Shown piece after piece: positions 29,910 to 39,433 of a stretch of 64,000 bases of DNA. The notes beneath the pieces are model-generated. The model saw only the letters and a list, made by a program, of their open reading frames with translations. It did not search any database and had not been told where the DNA came from. The DNA comes from Sphaerochaetaceae bacterium (GTDB taxonomy: Bacteria; Spirochaetota; Spirochaetia; Sphaerochaetales; Sphaerochaetaceae), in assembly GCA_963663665.2 (NCBI GenBank), contig CAXXKP010000006.1, positions 294,978 to 358,977 of the forward strand, in the 5' to 3' direction. Both the position numbers and the translations under genes were made by a program. Numbering within the stretch: position 1 is the stretch's first letter; each line of letters begins with the position of its first letter.

Positions 29910-30903
29910 CTGATATCACCTCCTCATAATTAAAACATCGTACTCGATGAGTTTCATCAATATAAACTTCTGGGGGCATCTCAGATAAACATTTTTCGCT
30001 ACAATAATCACAACGTGGAGCAAAACGACACCCTAGTGGCCTGTTAAAAGGATCGGGAGTAGCTCCTCGAATTGGATCTATTATCTGATTTTTTCCTTTT
30101 CCAAGCGAAGGTATAGATTTTAGCAATGCTTTTGTATAAGGATGAACTGGAGAACGTAACACTTGATCCACACTTCCTCCTTCAACAATATTGCCCATAT
30201 ACATTACGATAACATCATCAGCAAGTTCTGTAACAACGCCCATATCATGGGTAATAAGCATAATTGATGTGTGATGATTCTTCTTGAGATTATCCATCAA
30301 TTCAAAGACTTGAGCTTGAGTGGTCACATCAAGTGCCGTAGTTGGTTCATCTGCGATTAGTACTTTTGGATCACAACTCATCGCCATAGCAATCATAGCA
30401 CGTTGCCTCATACCACCACTGAATTGGTGAGGATAATCATGAATTCGCTTTTCTGGTGAAGGAATCCCCATATCTGCGAGTAAGGAAATTGCTCGCTGTT
30501 CTCTTTCTTTCGAATTCAGTTTTGTATGGTATTTTAAATTCTCTTTAATCTGAAAACCAATTGAATATACAGGATTTAAAGCAGTCATTGGGTCTTGAAA
30601 AATCATTGCTAATTCTCCACCCCTAATGCTTCTCATTTCTTTTCCATTCCTTTCAAGGTTTTCAATAGAGACTTCTTCTTCTGGTCTATAATACGTGATA
30701 GAGCCACTCTCTATTCTAGCCAATCTAGGAAGTAGTTGCATAATAGAGCTTGCAGTTACACTTTTCCCACATCCTGATTCGCCTACCACACACAAGGTTC
30801 TACCCATTTTGATTGAAAAGGAGACATCATCAACAGCTTTATTGCAACGATTGTTCGTGTAAAAATATGTTCGTAAATTTTCTACTTTGATAAGGGTTTC
30901 CAT
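29896..30903 (-). CDS. Opp/Dpp-type ABC ATP-binding protein (OppD-like)
   Basis: GESGCGKS, FSGGMRQR. Start moved to ATG 30903 (METLIKVENL) with SD AAGGATGA. Confidence 0.9.
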   Translation of the reverse strand: METLIKVENLRTYFYTNNRCNKAVDDVSFSIKMGRTLCVVGESGCGKSVTASSIMQLLPRLARIESGSITYYRPEEEVSIENLERNGKEMRSIRGGELAMIFQDPMTALNPVYSIGFQIKENLKYHTKLNSKEREQRAISLLADMGIPSPEKRIHDYPHQFSGGMRQRAMIAMAMSCDPKVLIADEPTTALDVTTQAQVFELMDNLKKNHHTSIMLITHDMGVVTELADDVIVMYMGNIVEGGSVDQVLRSPVHPYTKALLKSIPSLGKGKNQIIDPIRGATPDPFNRPLGCRFAPRCDYCSEKCLSEMPPEVYIDETHRVRCFNYEEVISDDRK

Positions 30904-30907
30904 TTCA

Positions 30908-31828
30908 TCATCCTTGTTGTGATGGATCAGCTGAATCTCGTAATCCATCACCTATGAAGTTAACACTTAGTACAAAAAGAGAGATGACAATTCCTACAGG
31001 AAGCCATATCCACCAGTATTCTGTTAATACAGTCATATCATTAGCGGCATTGAGAATATTTCCCCAAGTTGCAATCTGTAAAGGGACTCCAAGTCCAAGA
31101 AAACTCAAAGCAGCCTCTTGAAGAATAAACATCGCAGTACTCAAGGTAATATTTACCATAATTGGACCAAGAGCATTTGGAAGCATATGTTTGTAACAAA
31201 TTAAAAGATCATTAAGTCCAAAAGCTTTCAGTGCGGTCACATATTCTTCTTCTCTGATACTTAACATTTTAGCTCTTGTCATTCTATATACACTGCCCCA
31301 CCCTGTTCCAATAAAGATGAAGATAAGATTCGTCATACTTTGACCTACGATTGTAACAATTAAAAGTACTAGGACGATTTGAGGGAATGACATAAAAATT
31401 TCACTGAGTCGTAAAAAGAGTTTATCTACCCATCCCCCTTTATAGCCTCCATAGCTTCCAGCAAGAATACCAATACTTGCAGCCCCAATAGCACTACCAA
31501 ATCCTATTAGAATAGAAATTCTTCCTCCGTAAAGAATTCTCGTAAAAACATCACGGCCTAATTTATCTGTCCCTAACAGGTGTTTTACACTCGGGGAACT
31601 GAGAATCTCCTTCAAGTCTATCTGTAATGGTCCGTAGGAGGTTAAAAGAGGTGCGAAGATAGATGATAGGAGTATTACAAAAAAAATAACAAAACCTATC
31701 ACAGAAAGATGATTACTTAATAGTTTTCGTAATACTCTTGAACCCTTTTTGTGAGAAAGGAGCCCTGCTTCTTCCTTGCGTAACAGAGTGTCCATTTTTC
31801 CCATCAACCTTTTATTAGTAATTCTCAT
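30908..31828 (-). CDS. Opp/Dpp-type ABC permease (OppC-like)
   Basis: Six TM helices, EAA-type loop (YVTALKAFG). SD GGAGTGAG. Confidence 0.9.
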   Translation of the reverse strand: MRITNKRLMGKMDTLLRKEEAGLLSHKKGSRVLRKLLSNHLSVIGFVIFFVILLSSIFAPLLTSYGPLQIDLKEILSSPSVKHLLGTDKLGRDVFTRILYGGRISILIGFGSAIGAASIGILAGSYGGYKGGWVDKLFLRLSEIFMSFPQIVLVLLIVTIVGQSMTNLIFIFIGTGWGSVYRMTRAKMLSIREEEYVTALKAFGLNDLLICYKHMLPNALGPIMVNITLSTAMFILQEAALSFLGLGVPLQIATWGNILNAANDMTVLTEYWWIWLPVGIVISLFVLSVNFIGDGLRDSADPSQQG

Positions 31829-31838
31829 ATCTCACTCC

Positions 31839-32798
31839 TTATCCCAATTTGACTCTTGGGTCGAGCAACGCTGTGAGAATATCAACAACTAAGCTTGCAA
31901 TAAGAACAGCAAACACAAAGAAGAGGGCAATCATCATCACAAGAGGATAATTCTGTCCCCTTACCGCACTTAAAAACTCATTCCCTAGACCAGGCCATTG
32001 AAATATTTGCTCTATAACCACAGATCCACCAATTAACATCGGAAGTCTAAACCCAATTAAAACAACTATTGGAGTAAGAGCGACACGAAATCCATGCATA
32101 AGATTGACTCTCCATTCAGGGAGCCCTTTGCTACGAGCGGTTTTCATATAATCTTTCTCAATCGTATCGAGCATACTACTTCGAGCATAACGCATCACTC
32201 CAGCCGTCATAGCAATGCCTAGGACAACAGAAGGAAGAATTAAATTAGGAAGCCTATCTAAGAATGTAACATCATCAGGACTGATTCTACCTCCAATAGG
32301 AAACCATTTAAGATGTATTGAAAAAATTACTAAACTCACAAGACCAAAAAAGAATTCAGGGATTGAGACCCCAATCATTCCTGTAATTGTTAACAACGAG
32401 TCGGTTGTTCTTCCTTTCTTTAGCGCACTTAACAACCCTAAGACAGAACCAAAAATTGTCGATATGATAAGAGCGGCAAACGACAATTCTAAAGTAGCTG
32501 GAAGGCGGTCAAGAACAATAGTTCTTATTGGAACCCCGCTGGTAAGACTGTATCCAAAGTTTCCTGATATGATTCCAATGAACCACCTACCGTATCTGAC
32601 AAAGAAGGGGTCATTAAGACCGAGAGAATCTCTTAATGCTTCAAGCTGTGTGGTATCCATATTTGCAAGAGCTTCTGGGCCAACCATAAAAGATACGGCA
32701 TCTCCTGGAGTAAGTTCGAGACCTAAGAATATTAAAAAAGTAATGATTACTATCATAGGAATGAAGGTTAGTAATCTTCTGACCACGTAATGGATCAT
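31839..32798 (-). CDS. Opp/Dpp-type ABC permease (OppB-like)
   Basis: Typical N-terminus MIHYVVRRLL. ATG 32798 with SD AAGGA. Confidence 0.9.
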   Translation of the reverse strand: MIHYVVRRLLTFIPMIVIITFLIFLGLELTPGDAVSFMVGPEALANMDTTQLEALRDSLGLNDPFFVRYGRWFIGIISGNFGYSLTSGVPIRTIVLDRLPATLELSFAALIISTIFGSVLGLLSALKKGRTTDSLLTITGMIGVSIPEFFFGLVSLVIFSIHLKWFPIGGRISPDDVTFLDRLPNLILPSVVLGIAMTAGVMRYARSSMLDTIEKDYMKTARSKGLPEWRVNLMHGFRVALTPIVVLIGFRLPMLIGGSVVIEQIFQWPGLGNEFLSAVRGQNYPLVMMIALFFVFAVLIASLVVDILTALLDPRVKLG

Positions 32799-32875
32799 AA
32801 TTGTATCCTTTAAAGAAATTATAAAATATTTAGAACTGCCGGTAGTATATCCCACCGGCAGTTATCAAAAAACGA

Positions 32876-34513
32876 TTATGGCTTAGGGAATTTATTCACA
32901 TAGAAGAGTCTTGTGTATCGAATATCGACAGGGGTAACAGTCAGACCATCCATCTTCTCAATTGCGATAACATCTTCAACACTCTTTGTATAAGCATAAT
33001 CAAGTTGACCTGCAGCTGAGTTTTTCACTAAGTTAGGATCAGATTCACCACTAGGATACATTTGAATAATATCAATCTTTGCTTTTCCACCATGATATGC
33101 AGCATAAGGGACAAAGGTTGCATAGTTATTCATTGATATCTCACTCACTTTATATGGACCTGAGCCCACAGGAGATTGCCAGTACGAGGCTTGTTGGAAT
33201 TTTAGAGGATCAACATCATTGAAGTATTTTTGTGGTAAAGGTGGGAATTGAGAGAATACGAGAAGAGCATTTGAATCTGCTTTATTGAAAGTAAATGTTA
33301 TTGTCTTTCCATTGATACCAATACCACTGATACCATTAGCACTCCCATCTTTATAGGCATCGTAACCAACAAGCTGTTTCAACATTGAAGCAAAGACAGC
33401 ATTCACTGCAGGAACTTTTGTTGCAAATTCATATGTCCATTTTATGTCACTTGCTGTAATTGGTGATCCATCATGCCAAGTAATTCCATCTCGAAGAGTG
33501 AAACTAATCACTTTACCATCTGCACTTACTTTATAAGAAGATGCAAGTTGTCCTTTAAAGGAAGCAAGACCAGCATCAGCTACAAGAAGTCTGTCAAATA
33601 GTACTTTTTGGCTCATGAAAGAACCAGGATTTAAGAATGGTGTTTCTACAAAACTCACTGGCCCACCATTGGTTTTTAATACTTTCTTCCCATCGGATTG
33701 GGCTTTTATATCCCAATTTACAATGTTCCAGTCATAATTGAATTGTTCGTTACCAAACTCAGCACCTGCTCTATCGAGATTATCACTACTCACTACGAAT
33801 ACTTGTTGGTAATAGAGAGGGATATTGAACAGTGATTCATTCTCATATTTTTGAAGAGCGAAAAACGCATTTTTCTGAGCCACAGGATCAACAACATGAG
33901 TTGCTTCGATTAATGCTTTTAGTTCGTCATTATCGGGAGTATGTGAATTTGAAGAATACCCTGGCAAGAATCTGTCATAATATTCATTCAAAGAGAGGGC
34001 TGCTATTCCAGCGTAAGCTAAATCCCAATTGATTGCAGAAGGTCCGTTTAGTGTATCTGTAGGTGGAACCCAAAGCTGAGCAGCAAGATCTCCCTCTAGT
34101 TTTCTAAATGTACTTTGGACACCTACATCAGCCAAATAAGCTTGTACAGCAGTCATTAAATCAACAGTCATCTGGTCGCCATAATAATAAACGATATCGA
34201 GAACATAGTTTTTATCCCAAGCGGCTTCTTTTAACAAGCTCTTGGCTTTTGTTGGATTATACGAATACTTCTCAAGACCAGGAACCTTCCATGCTCCATT
34301 TGGTGTTAAACTATTTGCTACAACAGCTTTTGAGCTTAATAGACTCGAAGCGATAGCATCCATATCGATAGCATAGGCAAATGCTTGGCGCACTCTCACA
34401 TCAGCAAGCGGACTCCCTCCTACACTAACCGAGTTTCCTTCCTGAGCTCCTTGAGCTGTCACTACTGAAAGAGTTACGACCAAGATCAGCAACAGAACTA
34501 AAAACTTTTTCAT
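32876..34513 (-). CDS. family-5 (peptide/nickel-type) ABC substrate-binding protein
   Basis: 545 aa. Signal peptide MKKFLVLLLILVVTLSVVTAQGAQE. First gene of the operon. Confidence 0.9.
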   Translation of the reverse strand: MKKFLVLLLILVVTLSVVTAQGAQEGNSVSVGGSPLADVRVRQAFAYAIDMDAIASSLLSSKAVVANSLTPNGAWKVPGLEKYSYNPTKAKSLLKEAAWDKNYVLDIVYYYGDQMTVDLMTAVQAYLADVGVQSTFRKLEGDLAAQLWVPPTDTLNGPSAINWDLAYAGIAALSLNEYYDRFLPGYSSNSHTPDNDELKALIEATHVVDPVAQKNAFFALQKYENESLFNIPLYYQQVFVVSSDNLDRAGAEFGNEQFNYDWNIVNWDIKAQSDGKKVLKTNGGPVSFVETPFLNPGSFMSQKVLFDRLLVADAGLASFKGQLASSYKVSADGKVISFTLRDGITWHDGSPITASDIKWTYEFATKVPAVNAVFASMLKQLVGYDAYKDGSANGISGIGINGKTITFTFNKADSNALLVFSQFPPLPQKYFNDVDPLKFQQASYWQSPVGSGPYKVSEISMNNYATFVPYAAYHGGKAKIDIIQMYPSGESDPNLVKNSAAGQLDYAYTKSVEDVIAIEKMDGLTVTPVDIRYTRLFYVNKFPKP

Positions 34514-34593
34514 ATTTTTCCTCCTTGTATCTATGATATTTCATAGACGTATAAACAAAAATGCACAGTAATAAAAACAGATTTATATCTGTT

Positions 34594-34605
34594 CTTGTAT
34601 ACTAG
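34594..34605. promoter_or_regulatory. candidate GntR-type operator CTTGTATACTAG (copy 1)
   Basis: 10/12 self-complementary 12-mer with a GTATAC core. Overlaps the -10 of the operon promoter. Confidence 0.4.
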
Positions 34606-34627
34606 TTTAGGAAATAGGATTTGTCAA
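34599..34627 (-). promoter_or_regulatory. near-consensus sigma70 promoter of the SBP5-opp-nanA-AGE operon
   Basis: Minus strand: TTGACA (34627-34622), 17-nt spacer, TAGTAT (34604-34599), about 85 nt upstream of ATG 34513. Confidence 0.5.
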
Positions 34628-34720
34628 ACATTTTTTTATACTTTTTTTCTTCTTATATTATATATATTTAATATTTTTATAATTATATATATTTCTAAAT
34701 CAAATATTTAAATTATTTTT

Positions 34721-34751
34721 CTTGTATACTAATACTTTTCTGTTATACTAG
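34721..34751. promoter_or_regulatory. two further copies of the motif (CTTGTATACTAA, CTGTTATACTAG) upstream of the GntR gene
   Basis: Copies at 34721-34732 and 34740-34751, 30-60 nt before ATG 34781. They coincide with -35-like TTGTAT and -10-like TATACT hexamers. Confidence 0.35.
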
Positions 34752-34780
34752 ACCATAGAGTAAATACAAGGACAAAATTC

Positions 34781-35416
34781 ATGGAAGAAATCCAAAAAAA
34801 CCTTAGTGTAGATGAAATACATTCTATTTTAAGGAAGCGAATCCTCACTGAACAATACATACCAGGAGAAAAGCTTTCTGAGACAGCTCTAGCGAAAGAG
34901 TTTTTTTGTTCAAGAACTCCTGTTAGAGAAAGTATCAAACGGCTTCAGAGAGATGGGTTGATTATTGTTCAACCAAAAAGTGGTTCCTATGTAAAAGAAT
35001 GTGGAGATAAGGATCATAAAGAACTCCTTGAGATTCGTAGTTATATTGAAGCTCTATGTGTAAGGTTGATTATTGAAGAGAATAAAGACATCACACCACT
35101 TTATAATTTATATGAAAAGATGGATACACTCCTACATGAAGATCCTATAGACTTTATTTCATACGGAGAGGCTCACTATCTTTTTCATCATACCATCGTG
35201 TCGTTATCTGGAAATGAATTAGCTTTAGATATGTTTGAGCGACTAAATTTACGATCTTCTATGCTATTTTATCATTCTATGAATACTAAAATGTCATCCA
35301 CGACACAAAATGAGCATGCAAAAATATTACATCTATTAAATATTAAAAGTAATTCATGTGAATCTTTCATTATCTCACATTTATGGAAGAATAGAAAAAA
35401 ATATAGACCAAGATAA
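34781..35416 (+). CDS. GntR-family (FadR/FCD subfamily) transcriptional regulator
   Basis: Winged-HTH pattern (PGEKLSETALAKEFFCSRTPVRESIKRLQRDGLI) plus a helical FCD-like C-domain. Confidence 0.85.
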   Translation: MEEIQKNLSVDEIHSILRKRILTEQYIPGEKLSETALAKEFFCSRTPVRESIKRLQRDGLIIVQPKSGSYVKECGDKDHKELLEIRSYIEALCVRLIIEENKDITPLYNLYEKMDTLLHEDPIDFISYGEAHYLFHHTIVSLSGNELALDMFERLNLRSSMLFYHSMNTKMSSTTQNEHAKILHLLNIKSNSCESFIISHLWKNRKKYRPR

Positions 35417-35418
35417 TA

Positions 35419-37092
35419 TTAATTCATAGTAGAGAGAATCTTGCCATTTACTTCCTTGATGAACACTTTTTTCGTATCAAGGCTTCGATTTATGCTAGGG
35501 AAATCACTTCGATAATGAGGACCACGACTTTCTTCTCTTTCTAATAATGCTTTAAGCAGTGCTTCACTCGTTCTCAATGCATGAAAGGTTTTCATTGCAG
35601 CTTTTATATTTTCTCTATTTGAGATGGCATTCCATGGTGAGTACAAACCTCTCATTTTTTCTATCCATGATAAAGATGTTAAAATATTTTCCCTATTTCT
35701 ATACACATTTCCCGAGAAAAATAGCTTTTCTCGTAGATGTTCTAATAATGTGATAGAATCTAGAGAGTTTTTTGTGTTCACTCCTGCAAACGATGCAAAA
35801 TCTTCTTTTATGAGGTTGATATCATACTCCTCTCGCTGATTATTATTACAATAAATATTTGCACTATCAGCACTTATCGCACCAAAAACAAGAGCGGCAG
35901 AAGTCGCAGCGCCACCATGGCGGTCTGCCCCATGAACACCACCGGCGACCTCTCCAGCTGCAAATAACCCTCGAATAGAAGTAGTTCCATCTGTCTCAAT
36001 GGAAATACCCCCATTGTTACAATGTGCAAAAGGGAGAAGTGTTATTTTCTCTTTCTCAATATCTACATGATGCTTTTTATAGAGAGTGGGAATCTCTTTT
36101 ACAAGAGGGTTTGTATCCTCAATGAGTCCTTTTTTAAATGTTAAAGTCAATCCAGACGGTTCAGAATTCTCTATATAGTCTTTCATCATGAGCAAATCAA
36201 AATACTGGCTTGAGTCTCCACACGTGAAAGGTCCATGCATTGCTCTTTCTAATAAACAAGTTTTATATTCTTCATCATTTTCAAAAAATTCTTTTAAAAC
36301 CGCTCTGCCTTCATGATTAACAATGGTATCAACATAGCGGAGAATGATTTCACCAAAAATTAATTTATAGACAGGTTTCAGCATTCCTGGGATAAATTGG
36401 ATAAATTCGAGGTTCACTAAGGATACACCACTATCAAGCGCAAGGGAATGACCTATACCGCACACGTCATCAGTTGTAAGATTGTGTTTGTAAAGAGCAC
36501 ACATTCCACCTGTAGCAAGAATAATTGCCTTAGAGGAAATAAAGACCCATTTTTCTTTTTCGTCGAGAGCAATCGCTCCAATCACTTTCTTATCGCGTAC
36601 TATAATTCTTTGTATTTCACAATACTCAAGGAGAGTAAGGTTTTCCTCAGTAGAAAATATATCTCTTACACTGCTTCGGATAGTATCCCAACCACTCCAC
36701 CCCTCAAGACGGCGTTCGGTTGTAGCAAAACAGGCAGCTCGTCCATAAGCACTTTTTGGGTAGATCCCAATCTCAGGAAGCCTCTCTATCTCGTGAGTAA
36801 TTGAATCAACGAGGATTTTGCAATGTTCTTCCCCTGCAACGGTAGCCCCACTAGATAAAAGTTCTTGTAAATAGAGATTTTTATCCCTTTCACTCGATGG
36901 AAGCTGCGCTCTAAGACCTCCAGTGAGAGGATAGAATGATGAGCCAGAACACAATTTCCCCTTTGAAGCAAGAACCACGTTTTTACCGCTTGAAAGTGCA
37001 TCCTTTGTTGCTCTAATTCCTGCCAAACCACTACCTGCAATGAGAATATCTGTTTCAATAATTTGAGAAAATTCAATCATAAGAAAATTCAA
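35419..37092 (-). CDS. FAD-binding oxidoreductase, succinate dehydrogenase/fumarate reductase flavoprotein / L-aspartate-oxidase family
   Basis: DILIAGSGLAG dinucleotide fold, FAAGEVAGGVHGADR, C-terminal ESRGPHYRSDFP. 557 aa. Confidence 0.8.
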   Translation of the reverse strand: MNFLMIEFSQIIETDILIAGSGLAGIRATKDALSSGKNVVLASKGKLCSGSSFYPLTGGLRAQLPSSERDKNLYLQELLSSGATVAGEEHCKILVDSITHEIERLPEIGIYPKSAYGRAACFATTERRLEGWSGWDTIRSSVRDIFSTEENLTLLEYCEIQRIIVRDKKVIGAIALDEKEKWVFISSKAIILATGGMCALYKHNLTTDDVCGIGHSLALDSGVSLVNLEFIQFIPGMLKPVYKLIFGEIILRYVDTIVNHEGRAVLKEFFENDEEYKTCLLERAMHGPFTCGDSSQYFDLLMMKDYIENSEPSGLTLTFKKGLIEDTNPLVKEIPTLYKKHHVDIEKEKITLLPFAHCNNGGISIETDGTTSIRGLFAAGEVAGGVHGADRHGGAATSAALVFGAISADSANIYCNNNQREEYDINLIKEDFASFAGVNTKNSLDSITLLEHLREKLFFSGNVYRNRENILTSLSWIEKMRGLYSPWNAISNRENIKAAMKTFHALRTSEALLKALLEREESRGPHYRSDFPSINRSLDTKKVFIKEVNGKILSTMN

Positions 37093-38124
37093 TTAACCCT
37101 CTACTGAAAATGAGTAGATAGTTGTATGTTCGAATCCGTTATTCTCATCATAGATAGTAGATGGGAAGTTTGGATGGTTGACTGCATCTGGATAATGTTG
37201 CGTCTCTAAACAAAAACCTGCATATTTTTCATACATGAAGCCTTTAGGACTTTTAATAGATCCATCTAAAAAGTTTCCACTATAGAACTGAACAGCTTCC
37301 AGTGTAGTATAAACTCGCATGACTCTTCCACTTGTTATCTCTTTTACCACAGCAATGGGAGTTGTAATATCACCACTCTCTTTGACTATCATGCAGTGGT
37401 CATATCCCCCAATTTTATCAATGTCTTGCCTAATTTCCTTACTAGTTGTGAAATCAAAAGCTGTATTGGCAACCGGGGCAATAACCCCTGTAGGAATAAG
37501 GCCCTCATCCACAGGAAGGTATCGGTCACAATTAAGAGTAAGTAGATGATCTAAAATATCTTCTTTACCTTTCAAGTTAAAATATGCATGGTTTGTGAGA
37601 TTAAGAGGAGTTCTTTTATCTACATGAGCCTTGTATGATATTGAGAGTGAACCTTCACTTGAAAGTGAATATATAACCTCTAGCATCACGCTCCCAGGGA
37701 AACCACCATCACCATCCTTACTTTCAAGGAACAGATGAATCGTAGGGTTTTTAGCACTCTCATCGATCTTTGCTTTAAATATCTGTCTATCAAAGCCATT
37801 AAAACCCCCATGGAGTGTATGAGCCTTTCCATTATTCTTATCTAACAAGTATTCCACACCATCAAGGGAAAAATGAGCATTTCCAATTCTGTTAGCAACT
37901 CTACCAATAATAGCACCAAAATATGGAGAGCTCTCTTCATACTGAGATAAATTTTCTAATGAGAGAATAACATTATCTATATTTCCAGTTTTATCAGGAA
38001 CATGTAAAGCTATGAGAATACCTCCATACGTCGTGATTACGGCAGAGTAAAGCCCTGCTGTCAACGTATATTTATCGGCTTTCTCACCTTTTTCTGTAGT
38101 TTCATAAAAATCTTTTGTTATCAT
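37093..38124 (-). CDS. galM: aldose 1-epimerase (galactose mutarotase)
   Basis: GRVANRI, HTLHGG, NLTNHAYFNL and E.Q..PD motifs. 343 aa. Confidence 0.9.
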   Translation of the reverse strand: MITKDFYETTEKGEKADKYTLTAGLYSAVITTYGGILIALHVPDKTGNIDNVILSLENLSQYEESSPYFGAIIGRVANRIGNAHFSLDGVEYLLDKNNGKAHTLHGGFNGFDRQIFKAKIDESAKNPTIHLFLESKDGDGGFPGSVMLEVIYSLSSEGSLSISYKAHVDKRTPLNLTNHAYFNLKGKEDILDHLLTLNCDRYLPVDEGLIPTGVIAPVANTAFDFTTSKEIRQDIDKIGGYDHCMIVKESGDITTPIAVVKEITSGRVMRVYTTLEAVQFYSGNFLDGSIKSPKGFMYEKYAGFCLETQHYPDAVNHPNFPSTIYDENNGFEHTTIYSFSVEG

Positions 38125-38153
38125 AGCTTATTCTCTTCTTCTAATATTTCAAT

Positions 38154-39341
38154 TTAGGAGACTATTAATAGGTAAGACTTCATTATTTCAGCACAAGTGT
38201 TATCGTGAATTCTTACTACATTCATCTCTCTTTTTGCGCTATCCGAAGAGTCTGATGCGTGAGCTGTATTTACCATAACATTACTTCCAAACTCACGACG
38301 AATTGTTCCGCCTGGTGCTTTAAGCGGGTCAGTTGGCCCTAAAACATCTCGGATCTTCTGGATAGCATTCTCACCTTCATAGATAAGAATCATACACTTC
38401 ACACTTCCTGGATGATTTAACTCCTCAAGAGGACAAACAGAAGGTCTAGTACCACTCATAAATTCAACAATCTGTTCAAATTGGTCAACGGCGTACTCAA
38501 TCCCAACTGACTCGCTCAAGGACTTTTCTACGTTTTGTGAAAGCTTCATTTGAAAATGATTCTCTAAATGTTCTTTTGCTTTTCGGGCAAAGATAGGAGC
38601 TAATTTCTCTTTTAATGTAGTTTTAACAGATCCGTAGAAATCTAGAGCCTCTGCAACACTCATTCTATGGACCTTAACACCAACAATTCTCAATCCAGTT
38701 CTACTAAACATGTCAATAATTGTTCCTGGTTTACTTGAAGCGAACTTCCAGTTATCTGGCTTAATGATAACAAGGGATCTCTGAACAAGTTCTGGATGAG
38801 GATAGACTACATTCTCTACAATATTCTCTTCATCTGGAAGCCATTTAGCAAAGAGTGCAAGATGTGCGTCAGCGGTTGCTTGAAGTCGTGGGGTGAGTAC
38901 AGCTGGTTCAAAATAGGTGATGTCATCTGGATCATCATTCGAGATGATAAGATCCGCATAGGTATCTCTGATATTCTCACCAGTTAGAAGTTCAATATTG
39001 CGTCTCTCTGGATGCAGCGGTCCGCAGAGTATACTTAATTTTTCACACGCATTGACCCCTCTGAATACTAATAAAAGGGATCTATGTCTTCTTCCTGAGG
39101 AAGGAGCAAGATTCTTTTCTATATAAGAAGCAAGCAACTCGTTTGCGACACCAGTATCACCATCATCTAAACTACGTATACTCTGTGCGTAGTCATCTAC
39201 AAATTGTTGGTCAGGAGCAATCATTTGTGCTCCAACAAGTTCAACATCTGACCTAGACAATAGACGTGCTAAAACCCCACCTGTTCTACTTTTTGCAATG
39301 GTATAGGGGGTTACCAAGACGTAAGAAAGAGAATGTTCCAT
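38154..39341 (-). CDS. tandem nucleoside-diphosphate-kinase-fold protein (copy 2)
   Basis: About 60% identical by eye to 14522..15715. RSLVIIKPDNW, GLRIVGVKV, DFYG, IVEFMSG, ILIYEGENAIQKIRDVLGPTDP, GTIRREFG, NTAHASDS..AKREM. ATG 39341 with SD AAGGAG. Confidence 0.75.
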   Translation of the reverse strand: MEHSLSYVLVTPYTIAKSRTGGVLARLLSRSDVELVGAQMIAPDQQFVDDYAQSIRSLDDGDTGVANELLASYIEKNLAPSSGRRHRSLLLVFRGVNACEKLSILCGPLHPERRNIELLTGENIRDTYADLIISNDDPDDITYFEPAVLTPRLQATADAHLALFAKWLPDEENIVENVVYPHPELVQRSLVIIKPDNWKFASSKPGTIIDMFSRTGLRIVGVKVHRMSVAEALDFYGSVKTTLKEKLAPIFARKAKEHLENHFQMKLSQNVEKSLSESVGIEYAVDQFEQIVEFMSGTRPSVCPLEELNHPGSVKCMILIYEGENAIQKIRDVLGPTDPLKAPGGTIRREFGSNVMVNTAHASDSSDSAKREMNVVRIHDNTCAEIMKSYLLIVS

Positions 39342-39433
39342 AATAACGAGCTCCTTAGCTATGTGAAAATACCTTGTCCCCACTATACCGACTGAACACC
39401 AAAATGTCTATCAAAGAATTTCTCATGATTGCC

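Noticed and set aside
35419-37092. Calling the flavoprotein L-aspartate oxidase (nadB).
   Set aside because: Family-level motifs fit, but there is no nadA/nadC context and the gene is coupled to galM. It is left at family level.
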